Counted from the stretch's first letter, positions 1 through 10,072 are shown. The stretch: DNA of 64,000 nt from Candidatus Hecatella orcuttiae (GCA_002011035.2 MTLY02000001.1:1-64000), one strand, 5' to 3'. The notes: generated from the sequence alone by a model not told the origin. Translations and numbers: made by a program.

Positions 1-1
1 C

Positions 2-1426
2 CCCGCCATCCTCCAACTCAAACTCGGCACAGACCCCAACGGCCACTTCACAGCCTTCGACGCAAAAATAACCATGAGCACAGGAGGCTACGCCATTGAG
101 GGAGGAGCTGTGATAGGAGTCTGCTGCACGATGCTCACCTGCCTTTACAAGTTTCCAGCCTTCCGGGTTACAGGAGACTCTGTTTACACCAACTGCCCCC
201 CAAGCCTTGGCTTCCGGGGCTTTGGCAACCCTCAAGGCCAGTGGGCTTTGGAGCAGCTTGTGGACATGGCTGCGGAGGAACTGGGCCTAGACCCCCTGGA
301 GATACGGAGGAGAAACCAGGTGAGAGTAGGAGACACGGTCCCTTCAAGCAAGAATCCTCTTAAAACCTGCGGCTTGGAGGAGTGTATGGACCGGGGGGCT
401 GAGCTCATCGGCTGGAAGCGGAGAGAGGACCCCGCCTACCGGGGAAAAGGCGCCAAAAGAAAAGGCATAGGCATGGCCGCTGTAACTCAAGTGTCAGGGT
501 TGGGGGGAACCTTCACACCCTATCCGGAAGTTTCGAATGCTGTAATTAAGATGAACGATGACGGCACATTCAATTTGATGATGGCTCTCCACGAGATGGG
601 TGAGGGAATAAAGACCGTTATCCTTCAAATAGCAGCTGAAGAACTAGGAGTGCGAATAGACGACATTAAACTGAGTTCGGAAATAGACACGGACGTATGC
701 CCCTTCGACCACGGCTCTTTCGCAACCAGAACCACTTACGTATGCGGCTCCGCTGCTAAGCTCGCAGCGGCTGACGCGCGCAAGCAAATCTTGAAGAAAG
801 TAGCGGAAAAACTGGACACCAAGGTTGAAAACCTTGAAATGGTTGAAGGGAAAATCTACGTTCGCGGAGACCCTGAAACAGCAATTTCTCTCCGAGAACT
901 CGCGGAGCACATCCGCTTCCATGACATGGAAGACGCTGGGACCATCGTCGGCCGCGGGTCCTTCACAGCTCAAGCCAACTCCCCACCCTTCGGAGCTCAG
1001 TTTGCCGAGGTGGAGGTGGACATGGAAACGGGGGAGGTGCAACTCCTCCGCTTCGCAGCAGTTCACGACGTAGGCACAGCCATCAACCCCCAAGCGGTGG
1101 AGGGTCAGATTGAAGGCGGCGTAGCTCAAGGCATAGGCTACGCCCTCACCGAAGACACCGTGATTGACCCTCGGACAGGGGAAATTCTCACCGCCAGTTT
1201 CCTCGACTACAAAATCCCCTCCTCTCTGGATATGCCTCCCCTCTACGTCGCCCTCGTTGAGCCTTCCGATCCCTATGGACCCTACGGAGCCAAGGGCGCC
1301 GGCGAACCTCCCATCGTCCCCACGGCTCCGGCCATCGCTAACGCCATTGCTAACGCCATAGGTGTTCGCATCAAAAGCTTGCCTATGACCCCTGAGAAGA
1401 TACTGAAGGCGTTGAAAAAACTCTGA
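2..1426 (+). CDS. Xanthine dehydrogenase/CO dehydrogenase family molybdopterin-binding large subunit, 5' truncated by window edge
   Basis: Frame is open from base 2 (PAILQLKLG...). Motifs GFRGFGNPQG, EMGEG, GSFATRT, INPQAVEGQIEGG..QGIGYAL and GAKGAGE (catalytic Glu) are present. Confidence 0.93.
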   Translation, partial: PAILQLKLGTDPNGHFTAFDAKITMSTGGYAIEGGAVIGVCCTMLTCLYKFPAFRVTGDSVYTNCPPSLGFRGFGNPQGQWALEQLVDMAAEELGLDPLEIRRRNQVRVGDTVPSSKNPLKTCGLEECMDRGAELIGWKRREDPAYRGKGAKRKGIGMAAVTQVSGLGGTFTPYPEVSNAVIKMNDDGTFNLMMALHEMGEGIKTVILQIAAEELGVRIDDIKLSSEIDTDVCPFDHGSFATRTTYVCGSAAKLAAADARKQILKKVAEKLDTKVENLEMVEGKIYVRGDPETAISLRELAEHIRFHDMEDAGTIVGRGSFTAQANSPPFGAQFAEVEVDMETGEVQLLRFAAVHDVGTAINPQAVEGQIEGGVAQGIGYALTEDTVIDPRTGEILTASFLDYKIPSSLDMPPLYVALVEPSDPYGPYGAKGAGEPPIVPTAPAIANAIANAIGVRIKSLPMTPEKILKALKKL

Positions 1427-1499
1427 AAAACCAAGATTAAACTACAGCTGTCTCTGGAGTGCTCCCGGACAGCCGGGCTAGAAGTTTACATGCAGCCTC

Positions 1500-2468
1500 C
1501 TATGTTTTTTCGCCTCTCACATACGGAGTTAAGAGCGCGGTGGGTGCGCCTATCTTTTTCGCCAAAGCCGTCGTAGAAATGGAGCTTAAAGCGAGAATGG
1601 TGAGAACGTAGGGCATCATCATGAGCAGGTTGTAGGGGATACCTATTCCTACAGCCTGAAGCCTCAGCTGAAAGGAGTCAATGACTCCGAAAAACAGCGA
1701 GCCGGCGAAGCTCCATACAGGATTCCACATTCCAAAGATCACCAAGGCTATGGCTATCCACCCACGCCCGGCGGTCATGAGTTCCACCCACTGGCGGGTG
1801 TAGGCCAGTGACAGGTAGGCTCCTGCGATGCCGGCCATGATGCCTCCGAAGAACACGCAGAGATACCTCGTCAAATAGACGTTCACGCCTAGAATGTCCG
1901 CGGCTTCAGGGTTTTCACCCACCGCCCTGATTATCAGGCCGATCCGTGTTTTGAAGAGAATCCATGAAGACACAGCGACGATGAAGAAGGCGAGATAAAC
2001 TAAAACGTTTTGGCTGAACAGAATAGGCCCTACTATCGGAAGGTCGCTCAAGCCGCGGATGTAGATGGGATAGAAACCCGCCTCCGCCGCCATGCCGATC
2101 CACTTTTTCCCAATGTAGCTGGTTACCCCTATGCCGAAAATGGATAGAGCAAACCCTGAAATCACTTGGTCTGATCTGGTTGTGATGGACAGGAAGGCAT
2201 GAATAAGACTCATGGCTCCGCCGCATAAGGCTGCCAAAAGGATCCCCATCCAAGGATTTCCTGTGATGTTCACCCCGATGAAGCCGACTAAAGCCCCTAC
2301 GATCATCATTCCCTCTACGCCCAGATTTAGCACCCCTGAGCGTTGAGCGTAGATTTCCCCAACCGTAGCCAAAATGAGAGGAGTACCCAGCCTCAACGCC
2401 GAAGCCACCAGTGCTGTTGAGAAAATTTCTGTCAGAATTTCCTGCACGGCTTCATCCACCTCTTTCAA
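1500..2468 (-). CDS. ABC transporter permease, nucleoside/simple-sugar (BPD_transp_2) family
   Basis: GEIYAQRSGVLNLGVEG, RAVGENPEAA, MTAGRGWIAIALV; multiple TM segments. Confidence 0.93.
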   Translation of the reverse strand: MKEVDEAVQEILTEIFSTALVASALRLGTPLILATVGEIYAQRSGVLNLGVEGMMIVGALVGFIGVNITGNPWMGILLAALCGGAMSLIHAFLSITTRSDQVISGFALSIFGIGVTSYIGKKWIGMAAEAGFYPIYIRGLSDLPIVGPILFSQNVLVYLAFFIVAVSSWILFKTRIGLIIRAVGENPEAADILGVNVYLTRYLCVFFGGIMAGIAGAYLSLAYTRQWVELMTAGRGWIAIALVIFGMWNPVWSFAGSLFFGVIDSFQLRLQAVGIGIPYNLLMMMPYVLTILALSSISTTALAKKIGAPTALLTPYVRGEKT

Positions 2469-3513
2469 AGCTGACCCTATAACGGATTAGAAACTCTCCT
2501 GCAACAATTAGAAGAAGCACCAGCGATTCGATGATGTTCACCAAAGCCACAGGTATGCCGACTGCCCGCTGCATCATGTCAGCTCCCACCAGTAAGCCTC
2601 CGAAGAAAATGGATGAAGCAATTACGCCGATGGGGTGTAATTTCCCCAATAACGCCACCACCACGGCTGTGTATCCGTATCCGGGGGATAAGCCAGGCAT
2701 GATTCTGTAATGAATGGCGGACACCTGAACCATGCCGGCGATACCCGCGAGGCCTCCGCTTATTATCACAGCTGGGATGATGGTTTTGAAGATGCTGATG
2801 CCTGCATAGCGGGCGGCTTTTATGTTGGCGCCAACGACTCGGATTTCATACCCTAACCTAGTTTTCATCAGCATCAAGTAGATGAGAACGGCGGCTATCA
2901 AGGCGAAGAAAATGCCCACATGCAGCCGAGAACCAGCTAGGTTGGGCAGTCTGGCGGCTTCGGTGATGATGGGGGACCACGGAAAGCCTTCGTACATCCA
3001 CGGCCCTACTAACATGTGGGTTACCCACAATATCGCTATGTAGTTCATCATCAGAGTGGTGATTATTTCATTTACTCTCAGCTTTACCTTCAAAACTCCC
3101 GGTATCATCCCCCAAAATCCTCCGCCCAAAAACCCTAGAAGCAACATGAAAGGAAGAAGAAAGGCAGCGTCAAGTTCGGAAAAAGCATAAGCAGCCCATG
3201 TGGCTGCGAAGGCTCCCATGTACAGCTGTCCTTCCGCTCCGATGTTGAAAAAGCTGCATCTAAAAGCCAAAGCGACACCCAAACCAGCCAGCATGAGAGG
3301 CGTTGCCTTGACAACTGTTTCGATTAAACCGAACCTGCTGCCGAAGGCTCCTAAAAATAGTTTCCCATAAGCCATCAGAGGGTTAACTCCGGAGGTGACC
3401 AAGAAAACGGCTCCTAACAGCAAAGCTAACAGGACACTGGACGCTGAAATAAGCAACTTCAAATAAAGGGAGGGAGAAGGCCGTTCAACTAACCTCAGCC
3501 GCAGTCGCTGCAT
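2452..3513 (-). CDS. ABC transporter permease, nucleoside/simple-sugar family
   Basis: FNIGAEGQLYMG, NEIITTLMMNYIA, GYGYTAVVVALLG; hydrophobic. Confidence 0.93.
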   Translation of the reverse strand: MQRLRLRLVERPSPSLYLKLLISASSVLLALLLGAVFLVTSGVNPLMAYGKLFLGAFGSRFGLIETVVKATPLMLAGLGVALAFRCSFFNIGAEGQLYMGAFAATWAAYAFSELDAAFLLPFMLLLGFLGGGFWGMIPGVLKVKLRVNEIITTLMMNYIAILWVTHMLVGPWMYEGFPWSPIITEAARLPNLAGSRLHVGIFFALIAAVLIYLMLMKTRLGYEIRVVGANIKAARYAGISIFKTIIPAVIISGGLAGIAGMVQVSAIHYRIMPGLSPGYGYTAVVVALLGKLHPIGVIASSIFFGGLLVGADMMQRAVGIPVALVNIIESLVLLLIVAGEFLIRYRVSFERGG

Positions 3514-3520
3514 GGAAGAT

Positions 3521-5044
3521 TCACTTTCCCCCAGCCATCATTAAGCCAACCTCTTCTCTCTGCGCAGCCTTAGCCTCCACCGTGCCCACGATTTTCCCTT
3601 GATACATCACCGCTATTCGGTCGCTTAGAGCCATGATTTCGTCAAGGTCTTCTGAGATGAGCAGTATGGCGACACCTCTCCGCCTCTGCTCCAGCAGCAT
3701 CCTTTGAATATATTCTGTGGCGCCCACATCTAGGCCTGAAGTAGGGTGAACGGCCACCAAAACCTCCGGGCTGGCGGAGATTTCCCGCGCCAATAGAAGT
3801 CTCTGCTGATTCCCCCCCGAAAGCAATTTAACTGGGGTGTCTCTGGCTGGGGTCATAATGTTAAAACTTGAAATCAGACGGTCGCAGAAATGCTCCACAG
3901 CCTGACGGTCGATGAATAATCCTCGGTTGAAATCGCTACTTCTGTAATTCTTAAGAATCAGGTTCTCTAAAACACTCATGCTTGTGACAAGTCCTATGTT
4001 CACACGGTCTTCAGGTATGTGAGCTAACCCTAAGTCAATTCTCTCCCTCGGTGAACAGCCGGTGATGTCTTGGCCTTTAAGGAAAACTTTTCCTCCCGAA
4101 GCCTTCCTGAGGCCTGTGATAACCTCCGCTAATTCGCTCTGGCCGTTGCCCGCTACTCCGGCAATCCCAAGGATCTCTCCCTGTCTTACATACAGTGAAA
4201 CTCCGCGAAGAGCTTCCAGCCCTTTGTCGTTGAGTGCGTGAAGATCTTTCACTTCTAAAATAACCTTGCCTTTCCCAAGTTCTTCTCTTTCAGGTCTGAA
4301 AATGACCTCCCGGCCTACCATCATGCGAGCCAGTTCAGCCTTGTTTGTTTCGTCCTTATTGCAGGTGAAGACAACTTTTCCTGCGCGCAGCACCGTGATC
4401 CTGTCTGCAACGGACATAACTTCCTCCAGTTTATGGGTGATGAACACGATGGAGAAACCTTGCTTCACCATCAGCCTAAGGGTCTCGAAAAGTTTCACGG
4501 TTTCCTGAGGTGTAAGCACTGAGGTGGGTTCGTCTAAAATTAACGCCCGAGTTCCCATGCACAAGGCTTTGATGATCTCCACCCGCTGCTGCTCACCTAC
4601 TGAAAGTTGCCAGATCTTTGTCTGAGAATCAACTTTCAACCCGTATTTTTCAGAAAGCTCAGCTATCTTGGATCTGACCTCTTCCACATTCTGAGAAAAT
4701 AAACCTGCAGACTTCAGCCCTATCATCACGTTTTCCACAGCGTCGAAGGAGGGCACCAGCGAGAAATGCTGCTGCACAAACCCTATCCCGTTTCTTATGG
4801 CCTCCTTGGGTGAGTTAGACGTGAAACGTTTCCCGCGAAGCAGTATATACCCCTCATCCGGCTGGTAGAGTCCGTACAGTATCTTCATCAAAGTAGTCTT
4901 CCCAGCGCCGTTTTCCCCCAGCAGCCCGTGGATTTCACCTTCTCTGAGGTCGAAGTCTACGTGGTCATTAGCCACCAAACTACCGAACCTTTTAGTTATA
5001 CCCCGCATTGAAACAACATTCGCCTTTTCCAAAGCTACCGTCAC
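3521..5044 (-). CDS. ABC transporter ATP-binding protein (tandem NBD, nucleoside CUT2 type)
   Basis: Walker A GENGAGKTT, LSVGEQQRVEI, LDEPT, LSGGNQQ, ISEDLDE. Confidence 0.95.
   Translation of the reverse strand: MTVALEKANVVSMRGITKRFGSLVANDHVDFDLREGEIHGLLGENGAGKTTLMKILYGLYQPDEGYILLRGKRFTSNSPKEAIRNGIGFVQQHFSLVPSFDAVENVMIGLKSAGLFSQNVEEVRSKIAELSEKYGLKVDSQTKIWQLSVGEQQRVEIIKALCMGTRALILDEPTSVLTPQETVKLFETLRLMVKQGFSIVFITHKLEEVMSVADRITVLRAGKVVFTCNKDETNKAELARMMVGREVIFRPEREELGKGKVILEVKDLHALNDKGLEALRGVSLYVRQGEILGIAGVAGNGQSELAEVITGLRKASGGKVFLKGQDITGCSPRERIDLGLAHIPEDRVNIGLVTSMSVLENLILKNYRSSDFNRGLFIDRQAVEHFCDRLISSFNIMTPARDTPVKLLSGGNQQRLLLAREISASPEVLVAVHPTSGLDVGATEYIQRMLLEQRRRGVAILLISEDLDEIMALSDRIAVMYQGKIVGTVEAKAAQREEVGLMMAGGK
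4872..4925 (+). repeat. 54-bp exact direct repeat, copy 1 (copy 2 at 16968-17021)
   Basis: CCGTACAGTATCTTCATCAAAGTAGTCTTCCCAGCGCCGTTTTCCCCCAGCAGC is identical in both ABC ATPase genes. Confidence 0.9.
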
Positions 5045-5057
5045 TGATAATTAGGGT

Positions 5058-5078
5058 GAAGAAAAAATAAAGGAGAGG
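5058..5078 (-). terminator. Pyrimidine/U-rich intra-operon terminator candidate after the binding-protein gene
   Basis: The minus strand reads CCTCTCCTTTATTTTTTCTTC just after the stop codon. A similar tract follows the second binding-protein gene. Confidence 0.45.
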
Positions 5079-5085
5079 TTAAAGG

Positions 5086-6159
5086 CTACTCCCAAGTATA
5101 CTCGCTGATGGTGGGAACTACAAACTCGCCTGCAACTATCTGGCTTCGTCTTTCAGCTATCTTTTCCTTCACGTCGTCAGGAACCATAGGCCCGAAGAGA
5201 GTTAGGTCCGTGGCACCTTCTGCTATGCCTCGATAATAGAACTGGTTCAAATCCTCCCTCGTCAAAGTTCCCGCTCTCCAGCCTTCTATGATCTCCCCGA
5301 AGAACGGCGCCCAATTCCATATGATGATCGCCACCACAGCTTCTGGGGCGATGAAGCGGCTGTCGGTGTACATTCCGAAGGCATAAACACCTCGCTCCGC
5401 GGCTGCCTCCAGAACCGCAGCGGAGTCTTGGTAGTGGCTGAGAAAGTCTGCTCCAGCGTCAATAAGAGCGAAGGCTGTCTCTTTCTCTTTCGGCGGGTCA
5501 TACCATGTACCTGTAAAGGCCACTCGAACCTCGATGTCGGGGTTAATCTCTTTGGCTCCCAAGATGTAGGCGTTGATACCGTACACCAGCGTTTCGATGG
5601 GGTAAGCCCCGACGAAGCCTATTACTCCCGTCTTGGTCATCATTCCGGAAAGCATCCCTGCCAAATACTGGCTTTCGTAGTCGCGAGCGTAGTACGTGGC
5701 TACTCCCGGGGCAGTGGGTCCGCCACCAGGGTACAGGAAAGCAACCTCCGGGTGTTCCTCCGCTAGCTTGAAGCAGGCGTCTTGGTAACCCCAACTATGA
5801 GCGAAGATCACCTTATGGCCTAATCTAATCCAATCGCGCAAGTACGGCTCAGCATCAGCCTCGGGGATGTTGTCGGCGTAAGACATTTCCACAGCAGGTA
5901 ATGTCTCAGATACCTCCTTCATCGCCGTGTAAGCAGCATAGTTCCACCCGAAATCCCCTATGGGGGACGGTAGCAGCAAAGCTACCTTAATGGGCTCAAC
6001 TTCAACTGGTGCGGGTGTAGGCGTTGGGGTTGGGGCGGGTCTTGTGGCTTGCCAGGCGGCGTAGCCGCCCACACCAGCCACCACCGCCGCAGCAATGGCG
6101 GCAATGCCGTATTTCATCGCACTTCTACGAGATTTATCTGCCAAAACAGTTACCTCCAC
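5086..6159 (-). CDS. BMP/PnrA-family ABC substrate-binding protein with twin-arginine-like signal/anchor
   Basis: SRRSAMKY + hydrophobic segment + PT linker; GDFGWN, HSWGY, GTWYDPPKEKE motifs of the BMP family. Confidence 0.9.
   Translation of the reverse strand: MEVTVLADKSRRSAMKYGIAAIAAAVVAGVGGYAAWQATRPAPTPTPTPAPVEVEPIKVALLLPSPIGDFGWNYAAYTAMKEVSETLPAVEMSYADNIPEADAEPYLRDWIRLGHKVIFAHSWGYQDACFKLAEEHPEVAFLYPGGGPTAPGVATYYARDYESQYLAGMLSGMMTKTGVIGFVGAYPIETLVYGINAYILGAKEINPDIEVRVAFTGTWYDPPKEKETAFALIDAGADFLSHYQDSAAVLEAAAERGVYAFGMYTDSRFIAPEAVVAIIIWNWAPFFGEIIEGWRAGTLTREDLNQFYYRGIAEGATDLTLFGPMVPDDVKEKIAERRSQIVAGEFVVPTISEYTWE
6008..6085 (-). repeat. 78-bp inverted repeat, copy 1 (75/78 identical to 12354-12431)
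   Basis: Encodes [25 protein letters not shown] in both divergent binding-protein genes; 3 mismatches, all third-position. Confidence 0.9.
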
Positions 6160-6183
6160 TTCCCGTTTTTATCCCCTATTGGA

Positions 6184-6199
6184 AATATAAGCTTTTGGG
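6184..6199 (-). promoter_or_regulatory. BRE-TATA promoter of ABC operon 1
   Basis: The minus strand reads CCCAAAAGCTTATATT about 25 nt upstream of the start; similar to CCAAAAGTCTTATATA upstream of operon 2. Confidence 0.6.
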
Positions 6200-6291
6200 T
6201 TCAGAGTATAAAAAATTGTTTTTCCAAGGAAGGACGCCGAAAGAATTAAAATTACGTCCATATCTAATTGATGATCCTAACTAGCTAGAAG

Positions 6292-6969
6292 GTGAAGGTG
6301 TTGTCAGAAGATCAGGAATCGATTCTCAGGGTAGATTGGGATATCCCGAGGAAGATCTATCCGCCGAAGGTGGTAACTTTGGCCAGCGGTGAGAAACTGG
6401 TAATTCGGGAGATAGAGAGAGGAGAGGTGCCTCCTATTCTTGAGGCCATTAGACCGCTACTGACGGTTGAGAAGGATTACTATGACATTGTAAGTGCCAG
6501 AGTATATGCAGAGCTCTTGGGATGGTACAGATATAGAGTGAAAAACGAGTACTGCCTCATTGGAGTGGTAAATGGTGAATTGGCAGGACTGGTCAACAAT
6601 AGGCTGGTTAATGAAAAGGTTTGCATGAGCCTTCATACCCTTGCTTTGAAAAGAGGTGGACGGATAGGGGCCCATCTGTTTGCAGCCAAACAGGAGCATG
6701 CTATTGAGAACTACAGCGTGGACGAGGTTTGGGTTACCGCGGAAAGTCCTATAGGGTTTAGGCGGTGGATGGTGGAATGGAGCTTGCAGCCTAGGCCTGA
6801 CCTGCAACATGAATTGGGAGGTGTAACGGTTTACGTCTTGACGAAGGAAAACTACTACAAACTGAAGCCGCAGAAAGTCTTTGGAGAAAGACCGGTTCCT
6901 GAAGAATTATATAAGGAGTCGCTTAATCCCAAGATAATAATACCAGACATAATACGCCAACAAGAGTAA
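6292..6969 (+). CDS. Putative GNAT-fold N-acetyltransferase
   Basis: Beta-strand run CLIGVVNGELAGLV followed by an acetyl-CoA motif-A-like KRGGRIGAHL and VWVTAES. Fold call by eye. Confidence 0.6.
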   Translation: MKVLSEDQESILRVDWDIPRKIYPPKVVTLASGEKLVIREIERGEVPPILEAIRPLLTVEKDYYDIVSARVYAELLGWYRYRVKNEYCLIGVVNGELAGLVNNRLVNEKVCMSLHTLALKRGGRIGAHLFAAKQEHAIENYSVDEVWVTAESPIGFRRWMVEWSLQPRPDLQHELGGVTVYVLTKENYYKLKPQKVFGERPVPEELYKESLNPKIIIPDIIRQQE

Positions 6970-6977
6970 GATGAACT

Positions 6978-8165
6978 ATGCTCAGACAAGTTGCAGTCAT
7001 AGGCTGCGGAATGACAAAATTCGGCCGACATGACGGGAAAACCTTATTGGAAATCATGGTCGAAGCATCGCTTCGCGCCATCGATGACGCGAAAATTGGA
7101 GAACGTGATGTTGATGCTGTCTACGTCTCCACCATGCTATCTGGGGAATTATCCAATCAGACTGCTCTTGGCAGCGCCCTTGTCGACCAACTTGGGCTAA
7201 TGCCCGCTGCAGCTCATCGCTTGGAGAACGGTCCAGCGTCCGGGGGTTCAGCGGTTAAAAATGCATGTATGGCGGTGGCTTCTGGATTTTGCGACTTGGT
7301 CTTGGTGACTGGAGGTGAGAAGATGCGGCATATATCCGGCGACAGAATAACAGACCTCATCAGTACGATGGTTCACCCCACTGCCGAATACGTGCATGGC
7401 GTCACTCTCCCCGCTCTTGCCGCCATGTTCACTAGGCTTTATATGCACCGTTATGGGCTGAAGCGTGAACATTTAGCAAAAGTAGCCATAAAAAACCATG
7501 CCAACGCCTTGAAGAATCCCTACGCTCACATCCACCAGCCCATAACCATCGAGGGTATTCTTTATGCCAAAGAGGCTGAAGTCAACAATCCTTTGGTTGC
7601 GGATCCTCTTCGGCTGTTTGACTGCTGCCCGGTTACGGATGGCGCCGCGTCGGTTGTTTTATGTGCGGCTGAAATCGCTAAGGAGTTCTGCGATACACCT
7701 GTCATCGTAGCTGGGCTAGGTCAAGCTACAGACACCTTAGCGGTTCATGAAAGAGAGGACCCAACTCTGTTGAAGGCAGTACAGGTAGCCTCTCAGAAGG
7801 CCTTTAAGATGGCTAAACTAACCCCTGCCGACATGGATTTGGCGGAACTGCATGATGCCTTCACCATCTTGGAGATCGCTGAGAGTGAAGACTCCGGATT
7901 CTTCGCTAAAGGAACCGGGCATAAGGCCTTGGAGGAGGATGTTACCTCTCTAGGCGGCAAATTGCCCATCAACCCCTCCGGCGGTCTGAAAGCTCGAGGG
8001 CATCCTGTAGGCGCCACGGGGGTGGCCCAGATTGTCGAGTTAACATGGCAGTTACGCGGTGAAGCAGGGGGAAGGCAGGTTCAAGGAGCAGAGAAAGCTT
8101 ACTGCTGCAATTTCGGGGGGTTTGGTAACAACGTTATCTCATTCGTATTAACGAGGAGGAATTGA
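6978..8165 (+). CDS. SCP2-type thiolase-family protein lacking the nucleophilic Cys
   Basis: VAVIGCGMTKFG, DCCPVTDGA, ELHDAF, NPSGGLKARGHPVGATG. The nucleophile loop reads ENGPASG rather than ENACASG. Confidence 0.9.
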   Translation: MLRQVAVIGCGMTKFGRHDGKTLLEIMVEASLRAIDDAKIGERDVDAVYVSTMLSGELSNQTALGSALVDQLGLMPAAAHRLENGPASGGSAVKNACMAVASGFCDLVLVTGGEKMRHISGDRITDLISTMVHPTAEYVHGVTLPALAAMFTRLYMHRYGLKREHLAKVAIKNHANALKNPYAHIHQPITIEGILYAKEAEVNNPLVADPLRLFDCCPVTDGAASVVLCAAEIAKEFCDTPVIVAGLGQATDTLAVHEREDPTLLKAVQVASQKAFKMAKLTPADMDLAELHDAFTILEIAESEDSGFFAKGTGHKALEEDVTSLGGKLPINPSGGLKARGHPVGATGVAQIVELTWQLRGEAGGRQVQGAEKAYCCNFGGFGNNVISFVLTRRN

Positions 8166-8518
8166 TTGTGCAAAAAATGACCGGGTTCAAGTGTGAAAAA
8201 TGTGGAAAGATGTTTTATCCAAAACATGCTCGCTGCCCAAGGTGTGGAAGCTTGGAGTTGAAGGAGATAGATCTGGGAAACGAGTGCACGTTGATGACTT
8301 ATACGAAGCTCTTCGCTGTACCGGAAGGTGTGGAGCAAATTCCCCTCTTACTGGGCATAGTGGAATTCAAAAACGGAGTTAGGGCGCTGGGTCAGATAGT
8401 GGCTGAAGAGGTAGAAATAGGCGCCACTTTACAGCCGGTATGGGGTCCCCTAAGAAAGGTCCACGGCAAAACGGTCAGCGGCTTCAAGTTCGAGCCAGTC
8501 AAGCGAAAACTTAGTTGA
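8162..8518 (+). CDS. DUF35 family Zn-ribbon/OB-fold protein (thiolase partner)
   Basis: CEKCG..YP..RCPRCGS zinc ribbon followed by an OB-like domain; overlaps the thiolase stop. The true start may be GTG 8168 or ATG 8177. Confidence 0.9.
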   Translation: MIVQKMTGFKCEKCGKMFYPKHARCPRCGSLELKEIDLGNECTLMTYTKLFAVPEGVEQIPLLLGIVEFKNGVRALGQIVAEEVEIGATLQPVWGPLRKVHGKTVSGFKFEPVKRKLS

Positions 8519-8525
8519 AGAAAAT

Positions 8526-9887
8526 CTATCTTCGCCCCATAAGCTCTTGGGCGAACTTTTCTCCTATAGGCCGGGCTTTTTCCATTATCTTCTTCTCGTT
8601 CAGCACTTCGATTTTCCGGTCCCGCATCAATATTTTTCCGTCGACTATCACCGTCCTCACATGGCCGGCGTGGGCGAAGTAGACAATGTGGGAGAGAATG
8701 TTATCCTTGGTGAGGGGGAAGAACCGCGGATCGGCTAGGTCCAGCAGAACCACGTCAGCCTTCTTTCCTTTCTCCAAGCTGCCTACTTCTTTTTCTAGCC
8801 CCAGAGCTTTAGCCCCGTCCCTCGTCGCCATCCTGAAAATATCCCTAGCAGGCAGTAGGGAGGGGTCCAAATGGTTAACTTTGTGCACGCAGCCTGTGAA
8901 TTTCATCACTTCGAACATATCTAAGGGAACAACCTGAGGGCCGTCTGTGCCTAAGCCTACGGTGATCCCTTCCTTCACCATTTCAGGGACTCTGGCGATT
9001 CCGAAGGCATATTTCATGTTGCTCATGGGATTGTGGGCGACTTTTGTGTCGGTTAGCTTGAAGAGTTTTATCTCTTCGTTGCTGAGCCAAATGCAGTGGA
9101 AGCCTATGGTCTTCGGCCCCAGCAGCCCTATGTCGTACATGAACTCGACGGGTCTCCGCCCGAACTTCTTCTTGATCACCTCCACCTCGTCCAACGCCTC
9201 CGCCATGTGGATGCCTATGCCGACTCCGTATTTGTCAGCGATCTCTAAGCACTTTTTGAAGTAGTCTATTTCACAGGAGTAGGTGGCATGAGGGTGAACC
9301 CGCACGTTAATTCTGCCGTTTTCAACCCTATGCCATCTTCGTATGGTTCTCTCCGTCATTTTCAAATATTCTTCAGGACTGTCCGCGTCTGGAAGTTTTC
9401 GACTGTCTAGGACTTGGGGGCATAAGACTGTCCGTAGGCCTGAGTCTCTGGCAGCCTTAGCCATGGACTCCGGGAAAATATGGCAGTCAAGGTGGGTTGT
9501 TGTACCGTTTTTGATCATCTCTAGAAGCCCTACTGTTTCGGTGATGCGCACGGTTTCTGCGGTGTGGTATTCGTAGCCGAACCAGATCAACTTGGCCAGC
9601 GTGTCGATGATGCCTTTCGCCGGCAGGTCTTCGATTAACCCTCGAACATAGGTCTGCCCCACGTGGGCATGAGTGTCCACCAATCCGGGGATAACTGCCA
9701 TTCTCGCCGCGTCGATGACAACCTCTGGCTTATACTGCTTTTTCTTTAGCTCCCCGCTTCCCCCTAGGTCGACAATTTTGCCATCTTCAATGTAGACATC
9801 GCCATACTCGATGATCCGTCTCTCATTGCAGACGAGAAATCGAGCGTTTCTTATCATGATGGATTTAGCTCTTTTCAAACCGGGCAT
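8526..9887 (-). CDS. Amidohydrolase-superfamily deaminase (MTA/SAH-deaminase-like clade)
   Basis: DTHAH, IHMAE, FHC, GTDG and GSLEKGKKADVV. Confidence 0.9.
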   Translation of the reverse strand: MPGLKRAKSIMIRNARFLVCNERRIIEYGDVYIEDGKIVDLGGSGELKKKQYKPEVVIDAARMAVIPGLVDTHAHVGQTYVRGLIEDLPAKGIIDTLAKLIWFGYEYHTAETVRITETVGLLEMIKNGTTTHLDCHIFPESMAKAARDSGLRTVLCPQVLDSRKLPDADSPEEYLKMTERTIRRWHRVENGRINVRVHPHATYSCEIDYFKKCLEIADKYGVGIGIHMAEALDEVEVIKKKFGRRPVEFMYDIGLLGPKTIGFHCIWLSNEEIKLFKLTDTKVAHNPMSNMKYAFGIARVPEMVKEGITVGLGTDGPQVVPLDMFEVMKFTGCVHKVNHLDPSLLPARDIFRMATRDGAKALGLEKEVGSLEKGKKADVVLLDLADPRFFPLTKDNILSHIVYFAHAGHVRTVIVDGKILMRDRKIEVLNEKKIMEKARPIGEKFAQELMGRR

Positions 9888-10072
9888 GGTCTAACTAATA
9901 AAAATACCCAATAAAAAATTTGCCCTAATTCTAAAAAACAGTGGAAAACGCTGGAAACATCCCGCCAACCCAGCGTAGGCGAGACGCCTCACTCGAAAAA
10001 ACCAGTGCTCATATATGCCACTTTTTCACACTCACTCCTCAGCTGGGATTATAGGCATACTTACTGCTGCGT

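Noticed and set aside
9935-9965. ORB-like CAGTGGAAA / CTGGAAAC motifs (also TTGGAAATGAAAGGG near 36421)
   Set aside because: Only partial matches, no array, and no cdc6/orc1 gene in the window.
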